Positions 40,095 through 50,351 of a DNA stretch of 64,000 bases are shown here, piece after piece. This stretch comes from Candidatus Aenigmatarchaeota archaeon. GTDB lineage: Archaea > Aenigmatarchaeota > Aenigmatarchaeia > CG10238-14 > SpSt-28. The notes under the pieces are model-generated. The model was not told the origin of the DNA. It searched no databases and worked only from the letters and a program-made list of their open reading frames with translations. How positions within the stretch are numbered: position 1 is the stretch's first letter; each line of letters begins with the position of its first letter. Where the stretch lies: positions 39,863 to 103,862 of the forward strand of contig JAVYPJ010000001.1 of NCBI GenBank assembly GCA_038733315.1. Reading direction: 5' to 3'. The translations under genes were made by a program, and so were the position numbers.

Positions 40095-40694
40095 TTATAT
40101 TCTTTCTTTAACTTCCCTTAATTTTTCCAAAACCGAATTAATGGCTTCTTCAAATAACTCTTCTGGTTTATGAAAACTCGTTGTTTCAATATTAAAAATA
40201 ACTTCAGAATCATTATAAGAATATCCACAATTTCCTGCTTGCCATTTTGCATGCTCTTTTCCTAAGCCAAGCTGAGCAATAGCTTCTAATTCTAATTCTT
40301 CATCTTCATTTAAATAAGTAATTGGAATTCTATCATATAATGGCTTAACTTTTTCATCACTACTTTTTAAATCTTCACTATAAACATATCCTGGTCCTTT
40401 TTTATAAAGATATAATTTTACTTGACATTTTACACAACCTTTTCCTTCGCAATCGCATTTATTTGGTAAAGTATGAAAATTTTTATCGAAAGTTAGCGGA
40501 ATTAAACCTAATCTATGAGCAATTGCTTCATCTGGCAAAACGCTATCATTTTTATAAAAATCTACCCATTCAATAGCCATAGTAGGTATTTCTGAAATTA
40601 TTGCTCTTCTTATCATAGCTGCAATTCCAGGAGTAATTCCAATTACTTTAATTTTTATTTCATCGTTACTTTTTTCTATTATTTTTATTTCCAT
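40095..40694 (-). CDS. rpoD: DNA-directed RNA polymerase subunit D (Rpo3)
   Basis: RRAIISEIPTMAI, DEAIAHRLGLIPL, CDCEGKGCVKC, GKEHAKWQ. Confidence 0.95.
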   Translation of the reverse strand: MEIKIIEKSNDEIKIKVIGITPGIAAMIRRAIISEIPTMAIEWVDFYKNDSVLPDEAIAHRLGLIPLTFDKNFHTLPNKCDCEGKGCVKCQVKLYLYKKGPGYVYSEDLKSSDEKVKPLYDRIPITYLNEDEELELEAIAQLGLGKEHAKWQAGNCGYSYNDSEVIFNIETTSFHKPEELFEEAINSVLEKLREVKERI

Positions 40695-40736
40695 AAAGTA
40701 TTTCAATTAAACTTTAAATAAATATGTAAATGTAAG

Positions 40737-41213
40737 CTATCTAATAATGCCCAAATTTTTAATTAAATAATATGCTAAATAAGTTTTTAAATCCTTAGAA
40801 TTTTTTAGCTTTTCTATCTCAAAAAATTTTATTTCTTTTATTTCTCTTTCGTTAAAACCACTAACCTTTTTTAAATCGTATGCTAAGAAAAAATGAAATA
40901 TTTCGTCAGAAAACGCTGGAGAAACAAAAAAACTTCCAATTTTCTTTATTTTTCCAATATAACCTGTCTCTTCTAATAGCTCCCTTTTCGCTGCCTTTAA
41001 AATAGATTCTTTATTTTCTACCTTTCCAGCTGGTAATTCCCATAAATATCTTTTAATTGGAAATCTGTATTGCTTAACTAAAATTACTTTATTATTTTCT
41101 ATTAAAGGAATTATTACTACTGCATTAGGAATTTTTATAAATTCTATTGTTTTGCTCCCTTTTTTATATAAGAAAAGTGAAATGTATTTGCCCCTATACT
41201 TTAACTTTTTCAC
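40737..41213 (-). CDS. NUDIX hydrolase (ADP-ribose pyrophosphatase-like)
   Basis: KQYRFP, WELPAG...AAKRELLEETG Nudix box. Confidence 0.92.
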   Translation of the reverse strand: MKKLKYRGKYISLFLYKKGSKTIEFIKIPNAVVIIPLIENNKVILVKQYRFPIKRYLWELPAGKVENKESILKAAKRELLEETGYIGKIKKIGSFFVSPAFSDEIFHFFLAYDLKKVSGFNEREIKEIKFFEIEKLKNSKDLKTYLAYYLIKNLGIIR

Positions 41214-41641
41214 TTCTTAATTAAGCTAAGAATAAAATTTTTCAAAATATTAGTTCCAGAATTTTCAAATTTTTTTGTTAATAAAAATAATTGAAGAGCT
41301 ATTAAAATTAGATTTATAGGTACGGTATAATTTGCTAAGGGTAAGAATATTATATTAAGAAAAATTCCGATACAAAAACCTATTTTAACTAAGAATTCCA
41401 ACCTTAAAATAAGAATTCCCGTCAATATTTCTAAAATACTAATACTCAGAACTACTAAGAAAGAGTTTGGCAGCACATAATTCTTTATGATTTCAGAATA
41501 AAATCCTATTAAACAAGTTTCAGAAAAGGATTTTATCATATTTTCTGCTTCAAAAAATGATAATGGAATTTTTAAAATTCCAGCAACAATCCACATTAAT
41601 CCCAAAAATATTCTTAAAATTTCGATAACTTTTTTATCCAT
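41210..41641 (-). CDS. DoxX-family membrane protein
   Basis: LRIFLGLMWIVAGILK, LEILTGILIL. Confidence 0.75.
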   Translation of the reverse strand: MDKKVIEILRIFLGLMWIVAGILKIPLSFFEAENMIKSFSETCLIGFYSEIIKNYVLPNSFLVVLSISILEILTGILILRLEFLVKIGFCIGIFLNIIFLPLANYTVPINLILIALQLFLLTKKFENSGTNILKNFILSLIKK

Positions 41642-41729
41642 AAAACATATTTAGCTATTTTTCATATAAATACCTTTTCAATAAAACATAAGCTAAAATT
41701 AGATATAAAATAAAACTATTTTCATAATA

Positions 41730-42602
41730 ATGGAAACGCAAGATTATTTCGAGGAATATAAAAAAAGATATAATAAACTTAAAGAAATTTCTGAAAAAGT
41801 TTGGGATTTTATAGATAAAAAAATTGAAAATGCTAATATTTTAAAACTTGCAGAAGAAATAGAGAATAAGATTATTGAGTTAGGAGCTAAACCAGCTTTC
41901 CCAGTAAATATTTCTATAAATGAAATAGCTGCCCATTTTACTCCAAATGAAAGCTTTACTATAGATTTGGAAAAAAATATGGTTAAAGTAGATTTTGGAA
42001 TTCATATAGATGGTTATATTTTTGATACAGCAAAAACTTATTGTAAAGGTATACATGAAGAAATAATAGAGGCTACAAAAAAAGCTTTTGAAGAAAGTTT
42101 AAAAGAGATAAAAGTAGGTAACAAAATTAATTCTCCGGGGAAAACTGTTGAAGAGATTGCTGCAGAATATAAATTAAAACCTGTTAGAAATTTAGGTGGT
42201 CATGGCTTAGGTTTTTATAAAATACATACTGAGCCAAATTTATTAAACACAAATTTCAATACTGATATAGAGTTTGAAGAAAAAATGGTAATTGCTTGGG
42301 AAGTTTTTATTAGCAATGGAAATGGTTATGTTAAAGATAGTTTTCCAGCACTAATTTTCGAAATTAAAAATATAGATAAAATAAATTTAATTAGAATTCC
42401 TGAAGCTAGAAAAGTAATTGAGTTTGCTTATAAAGAATTTAAAACTTTACCATTTACAAAAAGATGGTTGCCATTCAATAAAAACATTTTAGAATTTGCA
42501 ATAAACGAAGGAGTAAAATATAATATATTGCACGAATATCCAGTTTTAAAAGAGGTTAAAAACTCTTTTGTTGCTCAGTTCGAAACTACTATAATCCTAT
42601 AA
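41730..42602 (+). CDS. map: Methionine aminopeptidase type 2
   Basis: AFPVNISINEIAAHFTP, KVDFGIHIDGYIFD, NLGGHG, YPVLKE. Confidence 0.93.
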   Translation: METQDYFEEYKKRYNKLKEISEKVWDFIDKKIENANILKLAEEIENKIIELGAKPAFPVNISINEIAAHFTPNESFTIDLEKNMVKVDFGIHIDGYIFDTAKTYCKGIHEEIIEATKKAFEESLKEIKVGNKINSPGKTVEEIAAEYKLKPVRNLGGHGLGFYKIHTEPNLLNTNFNTDIEFEEKMVIAWEVFISNGNGYVKDSFPALIFEIKNIDKINLIRIPEARKVIEFAYKEFKTLPFTKRWLPFNKNILEFAINEGVKYNILHEYPVLKEVKNSFVAQFETTIIL

Positions 42603-43065
42603 TATTTTTTAACTTTTTTCTATACTTTCTTAACAATTTAAAAATTGCTAAAAAATATAAAGTAAAAGGTTGTAAAATGTTTTGAAAGTTTGAAAAAAAT
42701 AAATCATAACTTTTTTCAGAATATAAAAATAAGCCTATCTCGAAAAAAATTCGAAAAAAGTTTTGAAAATAAAATAAGAAAAAAAATAAAATTATAATCT
42801 TGAATTTCTTGTTTAAGGTAAGGAATGGAAGCATCATAAAAAAGGCAGATAGCTTTATGCAATCATCGGTTATTATAAACTCTATATTGTTTAAATATAT
42901 TGAGAAATTTTTCTGCTCTACATTATCAAAAAATAAAGATAAAAGAATTACCAATTTTTTAGCTATAAGCAATTGAAAAAACTCTAGATTTATAAAAAAA
43001 TCTATTAAAAAAACTAATAGAACTCCTATTGAAATAGAAGCTGCTATTTTAAATATTTCCTTCAT
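42589..43065 (-). CDS. Divergent archaeosortase/exosortase-like membrane protein
   Basis: FIITDDC (Cys) and QNFFRI (Arg) between TM helices; no His in the protein. Confidence 0.55.
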   Translation of the reverse strand: MKEIFKIAASISIGVLLVFLIDFFINLEFFQLLIAKKLVILLSLFFDNVEQKNFSIYLNNIEFIITDDCIKLSAFFMMLPFLTLNKKFKIIILFFFLFYFQNFFRIFFEIGLFLYSEKSYDLFFSNFQNILQPFTLYFLAIFKLLRKYRKKLKNIIGL

Positions 43066-43993
43066 TTAAAATTTTTAAAATCCTTTCCTTCCATTTAGAT
43101 TTTAATACTTCTATATTTATTTTTCCTATTTCTTCATATTTTTCTATTTCATCAAAAATTAACTTAAAATTCCAAACGTTTTCTACGTTTTTACTAGTTA
43201 TAACATACTCAAATCCTAACTTCTCAATAATATAAAATTTTTCGACTTCGTTCGATATTAATACAATATCTTTTATATGCTCTTTTAAAATTTTTAAAAA
43301 TTGTTCATTAATTTCATTTAACTTAATATACGGAATTTCATTTTTTTCTATTTTCATTTTTAAAATTTTTATAACAGTTTTTAAAGTCTTATTTTCTATT
43401 TCTAAATCTTCGTTTTTTATTTCAACGTATTTAATTTTAACGCTTTCTTTACTAATTTTTTTAATCCTTTCAATCTGCTCCTTTATCTTTCTATTTTCTT
43501 CCTTAAGCTTTCTGATTTTATGAATTAATTTTTTTATAATTTCTTTATAATCTGTTTTTTCTATGGTTTTTTTAAGATTATTAGAATTTTTTTTCTCTTT
43601 TATTTTATTCAAATTATCAATTCTTTCTAATTTTTTCTTCCTCAAAAATTTTGCAGCAATAATTGCAGAAAATATAGCATCTCTTTCATGCCAATTTTTA
43701 TAAAAATATTTTTTTGTTAATTTCATCTTTTTTTCTTCTTTAACATCCTCTTTCGGATGAAAAACTTTAATACCTAAGGATTTTGCAATTTTTAAAACTT
43801 TTTTTGGTATTTTTGCAACATCGCAAGAGATTAACAATGGTTTACCGAATTTTATTATATCATCTATTATTTCACTTGTCTTATATTCTTTTTTGCTTTT
43901 TAAAAACAAAATATTTAGATTTTTATCTAATATGCATATAGCAGAAGTTGTTCCAACATCTATACCAACAACTATTTCATTGGTTATACTCAT
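43049..43993 (-). CDS. DUF460 RNase H-fold protein with coiled coil
   Basis: VVGIDVGTTSAI, GKPLLISCDV, HERDA. Confidence 0.8.
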   Translation of the reverse strand: MSITNEIVVGIDVGTTSAICILDKNLNILFLKSKKEYKTSEIIDDIIKFGKPLLISCDVAKIPKKVLKIAKSLGIKVFHPKEDVKEEKKMKLTKKYFYKNWHERDAIFSAIIAAKFLRKKKLERIDNLNKIKEKKNSNNLKKTIEKTDYKEIIKKLIHKIRKLKEENRKIKEQIERIKKISKESVKIKYVEIKNEDLEIENKTLKTVIKILKMKIEKNEIPYIKLNEINEQFLKILKEHIKDIVLISNEVEKFYIIEKLGFEYVITSKNVENVWNFKLIFDEIEKYEEIGKINIEVLKSKWKERILKILNEGNI

Positions 43994-44618
43994 AATTTAG
44001 AAGTTTAAAGATTTTATTTGCCTTTTTTTCGCCTAAAATACCTATTAACTCGTGCCTTTTTGCATTAACAAAGTTTTTTATAGATTTAAATCTTTTTAAA
44101 ATTTTTTCTGCAGTTTTATATGAAATTCCTGGAAAACTGATTAAAATAGAAAGTATTGCTTTATCCAATTCTTCCCTCTTTTTTCTTATTTTTGTTTTTG
44201 GTAAAACAAAAAATTGAGAGCCATATTTTTCACAAATTTTTGCTAAAATCTTTGCTGTCTCAAAAATATTTTCAGTAAAAATTATTGAAACGTTTGTCGA
44301 AGCTATTATTTTCGTTAACATTCCATAAAAAATCTCCTTCTGCTCTTCATTAAGTAAAAAACCTTCGAGTATAACAATATATTTTTTAAATTCCTTTTGA
44401 TTTTCTATTTGTTCAAAAATTCTTTTATCAAAAGTTGATTTCAAAAAATCTTGAGATGTTTTTCTTTCTATGGCTATATCTCCAATTATAAAATCTACAC
44501 TTAAATTCTCCTTTATTATGTGAATGTTTTTATAATTATTCTCTAAAATTTCTGTTAACTCCCTTTCTCTATAATCTGCTATTATAGTCGGTTTTTTAAT
44601 TAAAATTTTCTGCTTCAT
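43977..44618 (-). CDS. ERCC4/XPF-family nuclease with HhH domain
   Basis: IIADYRE, DFII..IAIERKT..DF, FPGISYKTA. Confidence 0.88.
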   Translation of the reverse strand: MKQKILIKKPTIIADYRERELTEILENNYKNIHIIKENLSVDFIIGDIAIERKTSQDFLKSTFDKRIFEQIENQKEFKKYIVILEGFLLNEEQKEIFYGMLTKIIASTNVSIIFTENIFETAKILAKICEKYGSQFFVLPKTKIRKKREELDKAILSILISFPGISYKTAEKILKRFKSIKNFVNAKRHELIGILGEKKANKIFKLLNYEYNQ

Positions 44619-46128
44619 TCGCTAACTCTTTTTTTATATCATAAATTATTTTTCTCATTCTTTTTTCTTTATGAAAAGCAGCCCAATAATAAGCTTCGTC
44701 TCTTGTATTTTTAGTTATTAGAATTATAACTTTTCCGTGCTCTTGCCTACCAACTCTTCCTCTTCGCTGGATTGCTCTTATTTCGCTTGGAACTGGTTCG
44801 TAAAAGATTGCGTAATCCGTTTTTGGTATATCTAAACCCTCTTCACCAACACTAGAACAAACTAAAACATTATAAATTCCGTTAGCAAAATCTTTAATAA
44901 CTTCAGCTTGCTCTTTTTGACTCATTCCATCATATTTATCTCTCTTAGCTTGTCCAACCAATTTCGTAATTTTTATTCCTTTATTTTTTAGCTCTTTATA
45001 AATGAATTCTACAGTAGCCCTATAATTTGCAAAAACAATAATCTTTACATTTGGATTCTTTTGAATTAAAAAGCTTATAATTTCTTCTAGCTTTTCTAAT
45101 TTTGGATGAGCTTGTGTTTTTTCTATAAACTCTTTAACTATACTTTCAGCAATTTTTATTCTTAAATCGCTAACTAACATTTTTTCATATATTTTTTTCG
45201 AGTTTTTTAATTTTTCTAAATAATCTAGAAAATATGTTGAGCTTTGAGTTTCCAATAATTCTAATAAATACTCAACTTTTATTAACTGAAGAAGCTTAAA
45301 CAGAATATTACTAAAAACTTTTTTATTTAACATTTCAGATTTTGCAACAAATTCTTCATAAATTTTTATCATTTCTTTTTTTGATATTTCAGTTGTGTTT
45401 AAAATTCCTAAATTAATTAAATCTTTTATTAAATCCCTTCTAACTTTTTCTATTTCTTCTATTGCTCTTTTAATTTCTTTTGGCAATTCCACTTCAACAA
45501 AAATCTTTTCTATTTTTTTTATGTATGGTTTTATATCTCTATCGTATTCGCTTCTTATTTCTATATATTCTATTTTTAAATGATTTTTTATTTCTTCTAT
45601 CCTTTCCTTTTCACTTCCTGGAGATGCAGTTAATGCCAAAATAAGTGGATACTTAGATTGCTCTAAATATTTTTTTGCAATATAAGTATAAGAATATTCC
45701 TTTACACATCTATGGGCTTCATCAAAAACAACTAGACTAAAATCGTTTAAAGTAAGAATCCCTTGCTCTAAATCGTTTTGAATTGTTTGTGGAGTTGCTA
45801 CAATTATTTTAGCGTATTTATATAAAAACTTTCTATCCTCTTTTGAAATTTTTCCGGTAATATCTACTATTCTTGATTTATCTATTTTAAAAAGTTTTCT
45901 AAATGTATTTGCATGCTGCAAAACTAATGGTCTTGTTGGTGCAAGAATTAAAACTCTGCTATCTGGAAATTTCATTAATCTATTGGATGCAACTATTATT
46001 GCAATAATTGTTTTTCCAGTTCCGGTTGGTAGAATAACTAAGGTATTTCCTTTTATTGCTGTATTTGCTATATTTATTTGATATTCTCTTAATTCTATTA
46101 ATTCATTTCTTAATAATTCGGATACCAT
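44596..46128 (-). CDS. Hef/FANCM-like SF2 helicase (stand-alone helicase part)
   Basis: LREYQ, LPTGTGKT, DEAHR, LTASPG, GEEGLDIP, IQRRGRVGR. Confidence 0.92.
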   Translation of the reverse strand: MVSELLRNELIELREYQINIANTAIKGNTLVILPTGTGKTIIAIIVASNRLMKFPDSRVLILAPTRPLVLQHANTFRKLFKIDKSRIVDITGKISKEDRKFLYKYAKIIVATPQTIQNDLEQGILTLNDFSLVVFDEAHRCVKEYSYTYIAKKYLEQSKYPLILALTASPGSEKERIEEIKNHLKIEYIEIRSEYDRDIKPYIKKIEKIFVEVELPKEIKRAIEEIEKVRRDLIKDLINLGILNTTEISKKEMIKIYEEFVAKSEMLNKKVFSNILFKLLQLIKVEYLLELLETQSSTYFLDYLEKLKNSKKIYEKMLVSDLRIKIAESIVKEFIEKTQAHPKLEKLEEIISFLIQKNPNVKIIVFANYRATVEFIYKELKNKGIKITKLVGQAKRDKYDGMSQKEQAEVIKDFANGIYNVLVCSSVGEEGLDIPKTDYAIFYEPVPSEIRAIQRRGRVGRQEHGKVIILITKNTRDEAYYWAAFHKEKRMRKIIYDIKKELANEAENFN

Positions 46129-46135
46129 TAAATTA

Positions 46136-47152
46136 TTAAATTTTTACTAAATTAATTGGATTTCCTTTAAGAAAGCTAAATATGTTTTGTAAAGTAGTTT
46201 GTCTTATTTCTTCTATTGCTTCTACAGAATTAAATGCATTGTGAGGTGTTATAATAATGTTTTTTTCTTTATCTTCCATCTCTATTAAAATGTGGTTTGC
46301 AACTAAACTTTCTAAGCTATCCTTTTCTAATTTATTTTTAACTAATAATTCTATTTCCTCTTTTATAAGTGCCTCTCCTTCCAAAACATCTAAGCCCGCT
46401 GCTTTAACTTTTCCGTTTTTTATGTTATTTATTAAAGCTTTTGTATCGATTAGCGCACCTCTTGCAGTATTAATTATTATTACTCCATCTTTCATTTTTT
46501 TAAAAGACTCTTCGTTAATAAGATGATAGTTTTCTTTTGTTAAATTCGCATGCAAAGTAATTATATCTGAATTTTTAAGCAAAGTTTCTAAATCTACATA
46601 TTCAAATCCAATTCTTTTTGCTTCCTCATAATTTGGAAAAATGTCGTAAGCTATTACTTTCATTCCAAAGGCCTTTGCTATTTCCGCTACTCTTCTGCCT
46701 ATTTTTCCAGCACCTATAATTCCTAGAGTTTTTCCTTTTAACTCAAATCCTCTCAAATTTTCCAAATTAAAATCTCCTTTTCTTGTTCTCTCAAAACTTT
46801 CTATTATTTTTCTTGAAATTGCTAATAATAAAGCAAAAGTATGTTCAGCAACAGTTTCTACTCCATAAGATGGAACATTAGATACTAAAATGTTTCTTTC
46901 TTTGCATACATTTAAATCTATGTGATCGTATCCAGTGCTTCTTGTACAAATGAATTTAAGTTTTTTAGCATTCTTTAAAACTTTTTCATTTATTTTCGAA
47001 TGAATAAACACACTAATTATATCACTCTCAGCTATTAATTCGCTCCTTTCTTCATTAAGCGGAAAATCGTAAAACTCTAATTCAAAATCTTTTATGTTAT
47101 TTTTAAAAAAATGAATATCTTCTTCGTTTACTTCAAAAAATGTTATTTTCAT
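46136..47152 (-). CDS. D-2-hydroxyacid (D-lactate-like) dehydrogenase
   Basis: RSTGYDHID, VAEH, GIIGAGKIG, INTARG, ITPHNAF. Confidence 0.92.
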   Translation of the reverse strand: MKITFFEVNEEDIHFFKNNIKDFELEFYDFPLNEERSELIAESDIISVFIHSKINEKVLKNAKKLKFICTRSTGYDHIDLNVCKERNILVSNVPSYGVETVAEHTFALLLAISRKIIESFERTRKGDFNLENLRGFELKGKTLGIIGAGKIGRRVAEIAKAFGMKVIAYDIFPNYEEAKRIGFEYVDLETLLKNSDIITLHANLTKENYHLINEESFKKMKDGVIIINTARGALIDTKALINNIKNGKVKAAGLDVLEGEALIKEEIELLVKNKLEKDSLESLVANHILIEMEDKEKNIIITPHNAFNSVEAIEEIRQTTLQNIFSFLKGNPINLVKI

Positions 47153-47155
47153 AAC

Positions 47156-47755
47156 TTAATTACATTTAGTATAGCCACAGTCTGGATTTATGCATGTAAA
47201 GCAGCCTTCTTCGCTTTTTAAAGTTTTCATTCCGCATTTTGGACATATTTGAAATTTGGTTATTTCTTCGAAATGAATTTCATCATCTTTTTTTAATTTC
47301 TCCTCTTTTTTTATAATTCCTGCTTCTATAAAAAATTCTTCTAAGATTTCTGCTAATTCCCCATAAAAAGATGCTATGTATTTTCCGTTTTTAAAATATC
47401 CTATGCCATTCGGATCGTAAATGCTTCGAAGTTCTTCTAATATAAAGCTAACATCTTCACTTCTTCTAAATATTGCTGAAAGTAATCTCGTTAGCATTGT
47501 AAATTCAGCAGCTTTTGTTAAATCTTTCGAATTTAAAAATATTTCGAATGGTCTTATTTTTCCATCTGGTTTTTTAATGTAGCCTATGGTAACAAAAATG
47601 CTATGTTTCGCAAACTTACTTTTTAGTTTATAAACCTTAGCATCTATAACGTTTGGTCTCTCTGTTGGCACATTTTGTATACTTTCTTTTAAAGCGCTTT
47701 TATCTTCGACTTCTTTAATCTCTTTTATATTTTTAATTTTTGTTAAGATAATCAT
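47156..47755 (-). CDS. nrdJb: Class II ribonucleotide reductase C-terminal subunit (TSCPD domain plus Zn ribbon, NrdJb-like)
   Basis: RPFEIF, RLLSAIFR, CPKCG...EGCFTC...CGYTKC. Confidence 0.85.
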   Translation of the reverse strand: MIILTKIKNIKEIKEVEDKSALKESIQNVPTERPNVIDAKVYKLKSKFAKHSIFVTIGYIKKPDGKIRPFEIFLNSKDLTKAAEFTMLTRLLSAIFRRSEDVSFILEELRSIYDPNGIGYFKNGKYIASFYGELAEILEEFFIEAGIIKKEEKLKKDDEIHFEEITKFQICPKCGMKTLKSEEGCFTCINPDCGYTKCN

Positions 47756-50277
47756 AATATTTTTATATTTCCCTCCTTAATTAAATGATATATTGTTGTC
47801 ATTCTATTGTTTATTATTATTATATCATCGCCCTTAACTTTATATTTTTTACCATTTTCATCTTCTATCTCAAAAGTTTTTGAAGCTATTTTCTCAAAAT
47901 CGCTTTTGTCTTTCATTTCCATTAATATAGGAAATCTGCTCCCTTCTCTATAAATTGTTACACCCTTCAAACCTTTTTTCCAAGCATAAATGTATAAATC
48001 AGAAATTATCTCTGGATGAATATCTTCTGGTAAATTAATTGTGCTTGAAATGCTATGATCAATGTATTTTTGAGCTATTGCTTGGATTTCAACTCTTTTA
48101 AATGGATCTATAGTATGTGCCGTTTTAAAGAAGCATTTTGGTAAAACATTTTTTAACTCATTTAAATTCATATCTTGAATTTTTTCACTTAAATTATTCA
48201 TATCTATGTATGCTTGGATTGTTGAATGGAAAATCCTAAACATTTTATTCCTTTCAAAACTTTCTGTTCTTCTAAAGTAATATACTGCAAATATTGGTTC
48301 TATTCCGCCACTAACACCTATATAAATTTTACCATTAAATTGAATGCTCTTTACTATATTAGAAATGCTTCCTGTTGGAGCTATACTTAGCAATGCTAAA
48401 TTCCTTATACCATACTTTAATATAATTTTTCTTGTTTTTTCAGATAGCGCTTCTTTTGCAAAAGGATTTTGTAAGTATTTTTCATAATCTATCTCTAATT
48501 TCCCTTTTTCCCTTGCCAAAAAAGCGCTTGTTATATATGCTTGATTTGATATAAATCTCATAACTTTCTCTAAAACTCTTTGAGCTTCTTCGCTATCATA
48601 TTCTAATAACAATTGCAAAAACATATCAGCAATACCCATTACACCTAAGCCTATTCTTCTAGTTTTTTTAGAAGCTTCTCTTTGTTTTTCTAATGGATGT
48701 AATAAAATGTTCCACTCGATAACATTATCTAAAAACCTAATTGCATGCCTAACTACTCTTTTTAGCAAATGAAAATCAATTTTTGCGTCGCTAGTAAACG
48801 GATATAAAACGAATCTCGATAAATTTATAGATCCTAAGTTGCAAGCGCCACCATCTTCGAGTGGAACTTCGCTGCATGGATTTGTAGTTACTATTGGAAA
48901 GCCTACATAATCGCTTGGACTATATTTTTTCATTCTATTCCAAAACATTATTCCAGGCTCTGCACTTCTGTAATTACTCTCAATAAATTTATTCCAAATA
49001 TCTCTTGCTTTTATTAGTCGAGAAATTCTACCGCTTTCTTCATTTTCGAAATATAACAAGAAATCTCCAGCCTGTCTTATAGCTATGTCATAATTTTTAT
49101 CTTTTAATTCTACTACATAATCTCCAAATATGTCTCTGTTATTAACATCTCTAAAATCTTCTTCTGATAATTCAATTCCATAAGTTTCTTTTAAAAAGTT
49201 TTTAAGTTCTTCAAAACTTTCAAAAACCTTTTCTAAGGAATATTTTTCTAAATCTTTGCTAGGCATTCCTAAGGAATAATTTAAGTCTTTAACGTTTTTA
49301 ACACTTTTTATTATACCTTTATAATTTTTTCTGTAAACCAAAAATTTGTTTTCGTATTTATTTTGCTCTTCTAATGCATGCATAAACTCGTCGCTAACTT
49401 TAATGCTTATGTTTGCAAATCTAACTTGAGTGTTTTCTGTTATTTTCTTTTCTATTTCTTTTAATTCATTTTCTGTAAATTTACCAGAAAATCTTAACTC
49501 TTCTATAATTTGAGAAGTTATCCAGTTTGGAATATGTTTTATATCAATAAAATCAAAAATATCTGGATGTTTTATGTCTATGGTTAAAATAAGTGCACCT
49601 CTTCTACCTTCTTGACCTATTAATCCGGTAGTTAATGAATATAATTCCATAAAGCTTACACTTCCTGTAGATTTTATTGCAGCGTTATGAACTATTGAAT
49701 CCTTAGGCCTTAAAACACTAATGTCTATTCCTATTCCTCCTCCATAAGAATATGTTCTAGCAGCTTCGTATGCAGCTTTATATATAGCTTCTAAGCTATC
49801 ATTTTCTATCATAGTCACAAAACAATTTGCTAACGTTTTAACTCTTAATAAATCTCCTGCACCAGCTAAAACTCTACCTGCTGGCATGAAATAGCCTTCG
49901 TACATTAGATTATAAAAAATCCTTGCGTATTTAATTGCTTTTTCTTCACTCTCTTCTACAGAAGAAACAAAGGCTGCAACTCTTATGAAAAGATGTTCTG
50001 GCCTTTCTTCTATTAAACTTCCATCTAAATCTTTTAGATAGTATTTATTTTTATAAATATTCTGAGCTAACTCACTATTAGCTAAATAGTTCGGATTAGA
50101 AGGTAAAAAACCTTTATCATACATTTCTAAAAGCTTAAAATATATTTTTTTATACTTTTCTATCCTTTCTTTTCCTAGAATTTTTAGCAGTTTTTGAGAA
50201 GGATTCTCAAAAATTTTTATAATCTTTTTTGCTAATCTTATGCTATCTTCTTTTTTTAAAGTTTTAAGAACTTCCAT
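47752..50277 (-). CDS. nrdJ: Class II adenosylcobalamin-dependent ribonucleotide reductase, catalytic subunit
   Basis: PAGRVL, NCFV, GRRGA, AEPG, TNPCSE, CNLGSINL, IAPTG, KGVTIYREGSR. Confidence 0.93.
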   Translation of the reverse strand: MEVLKTLKKEDSIRLAKKIIKIFENPSQKLLKILGKERIEKYKKIYFKLLEMYDKGFLPSNPNYLANSELAQNIYKNKYYLKDLDGSLIEERPEHLFIRVAAFVSSVEESEEKAIKYARIFYNLMYEGYFMPAGRVLAGAGDLLRVKTLANCFVTMIENDSLEAIYKAAYEAARTYSYGGGIGIDISVLRPKDSIVHNAAIKSTGSVSFMELYSLTTGLIGQEGRRGALILTIDIKHPDIFDFIDIKHIPNWITSQIIEELRFSGKFTENELKEIEKKITENTQVRFANISIKVSDEFMHALEEQNKYENKFLVYRKNYKGIIKSVKNVKDLNYSLGMPSKDLEKYSLEKVFESFEELKNFLKETYGIELSEEDFRDVNNRDIFGDYVVELKDKNYDIAIRQAGDFLLYFENEESGRISRLIKARDIWNKFIESNYRSAEPGIMFWNRMKKYSPSDYVGFPIVTTNPCSEVPLEDGGACNLGSINLSRFVLYPFTSDAKIDFHLLKRVVRHAIRFLDNVIEWNILLHPLEKQREASKKTRRIGLGVMGIADMFLQLLLEYDSEEAQRVLEKVMRFISNQAYITSAFLAREKGKLEIDYEKYLQNPFAKEALSEKTRKIILKYGIRNLALLSIAPTGSISNIVKSIQFNGKIYIGVSGGIEPIFAVYYFRRTESFERNKMFRIFHSTIQAYIDMNNLSEKIQDMNLNELKNVLPKCFFKTAHTIDPFKRVEIQAIAQKYIDHSISSTINLPEDIHPEIISDLYIYAWKKGLKGVTIYREGSRFPILMEMKDKSDFEKIASKTFEIEDENGKKYKVKGDDIIIINNRMTTIYHLIKEGNIKIL

Positions 50278-50351
50278 AGTAGAATATTAAATAGAAAGTT
50301 TTTTATAAATTTCTATAATCTTTCAAATAAAAATAATAAAATAGAATTATT

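Noticed and set aside
44596..44618. Slippery-looking heptamer A-AAT-TTT in the Hef helicase/ERCC4 overlap, suggesting programmed -1 fusion
   Set aside because: The ERCC4 ORF lies in the +1 frame relative to the helicase and has its own ATG, so a -1 slip would not fuse them.
49080..49370. RNR insertion as an intein
   Set aside because: No N-terminal Cys/Ser block, no C-terminal His-Asn and no LAGLIDADG motif.
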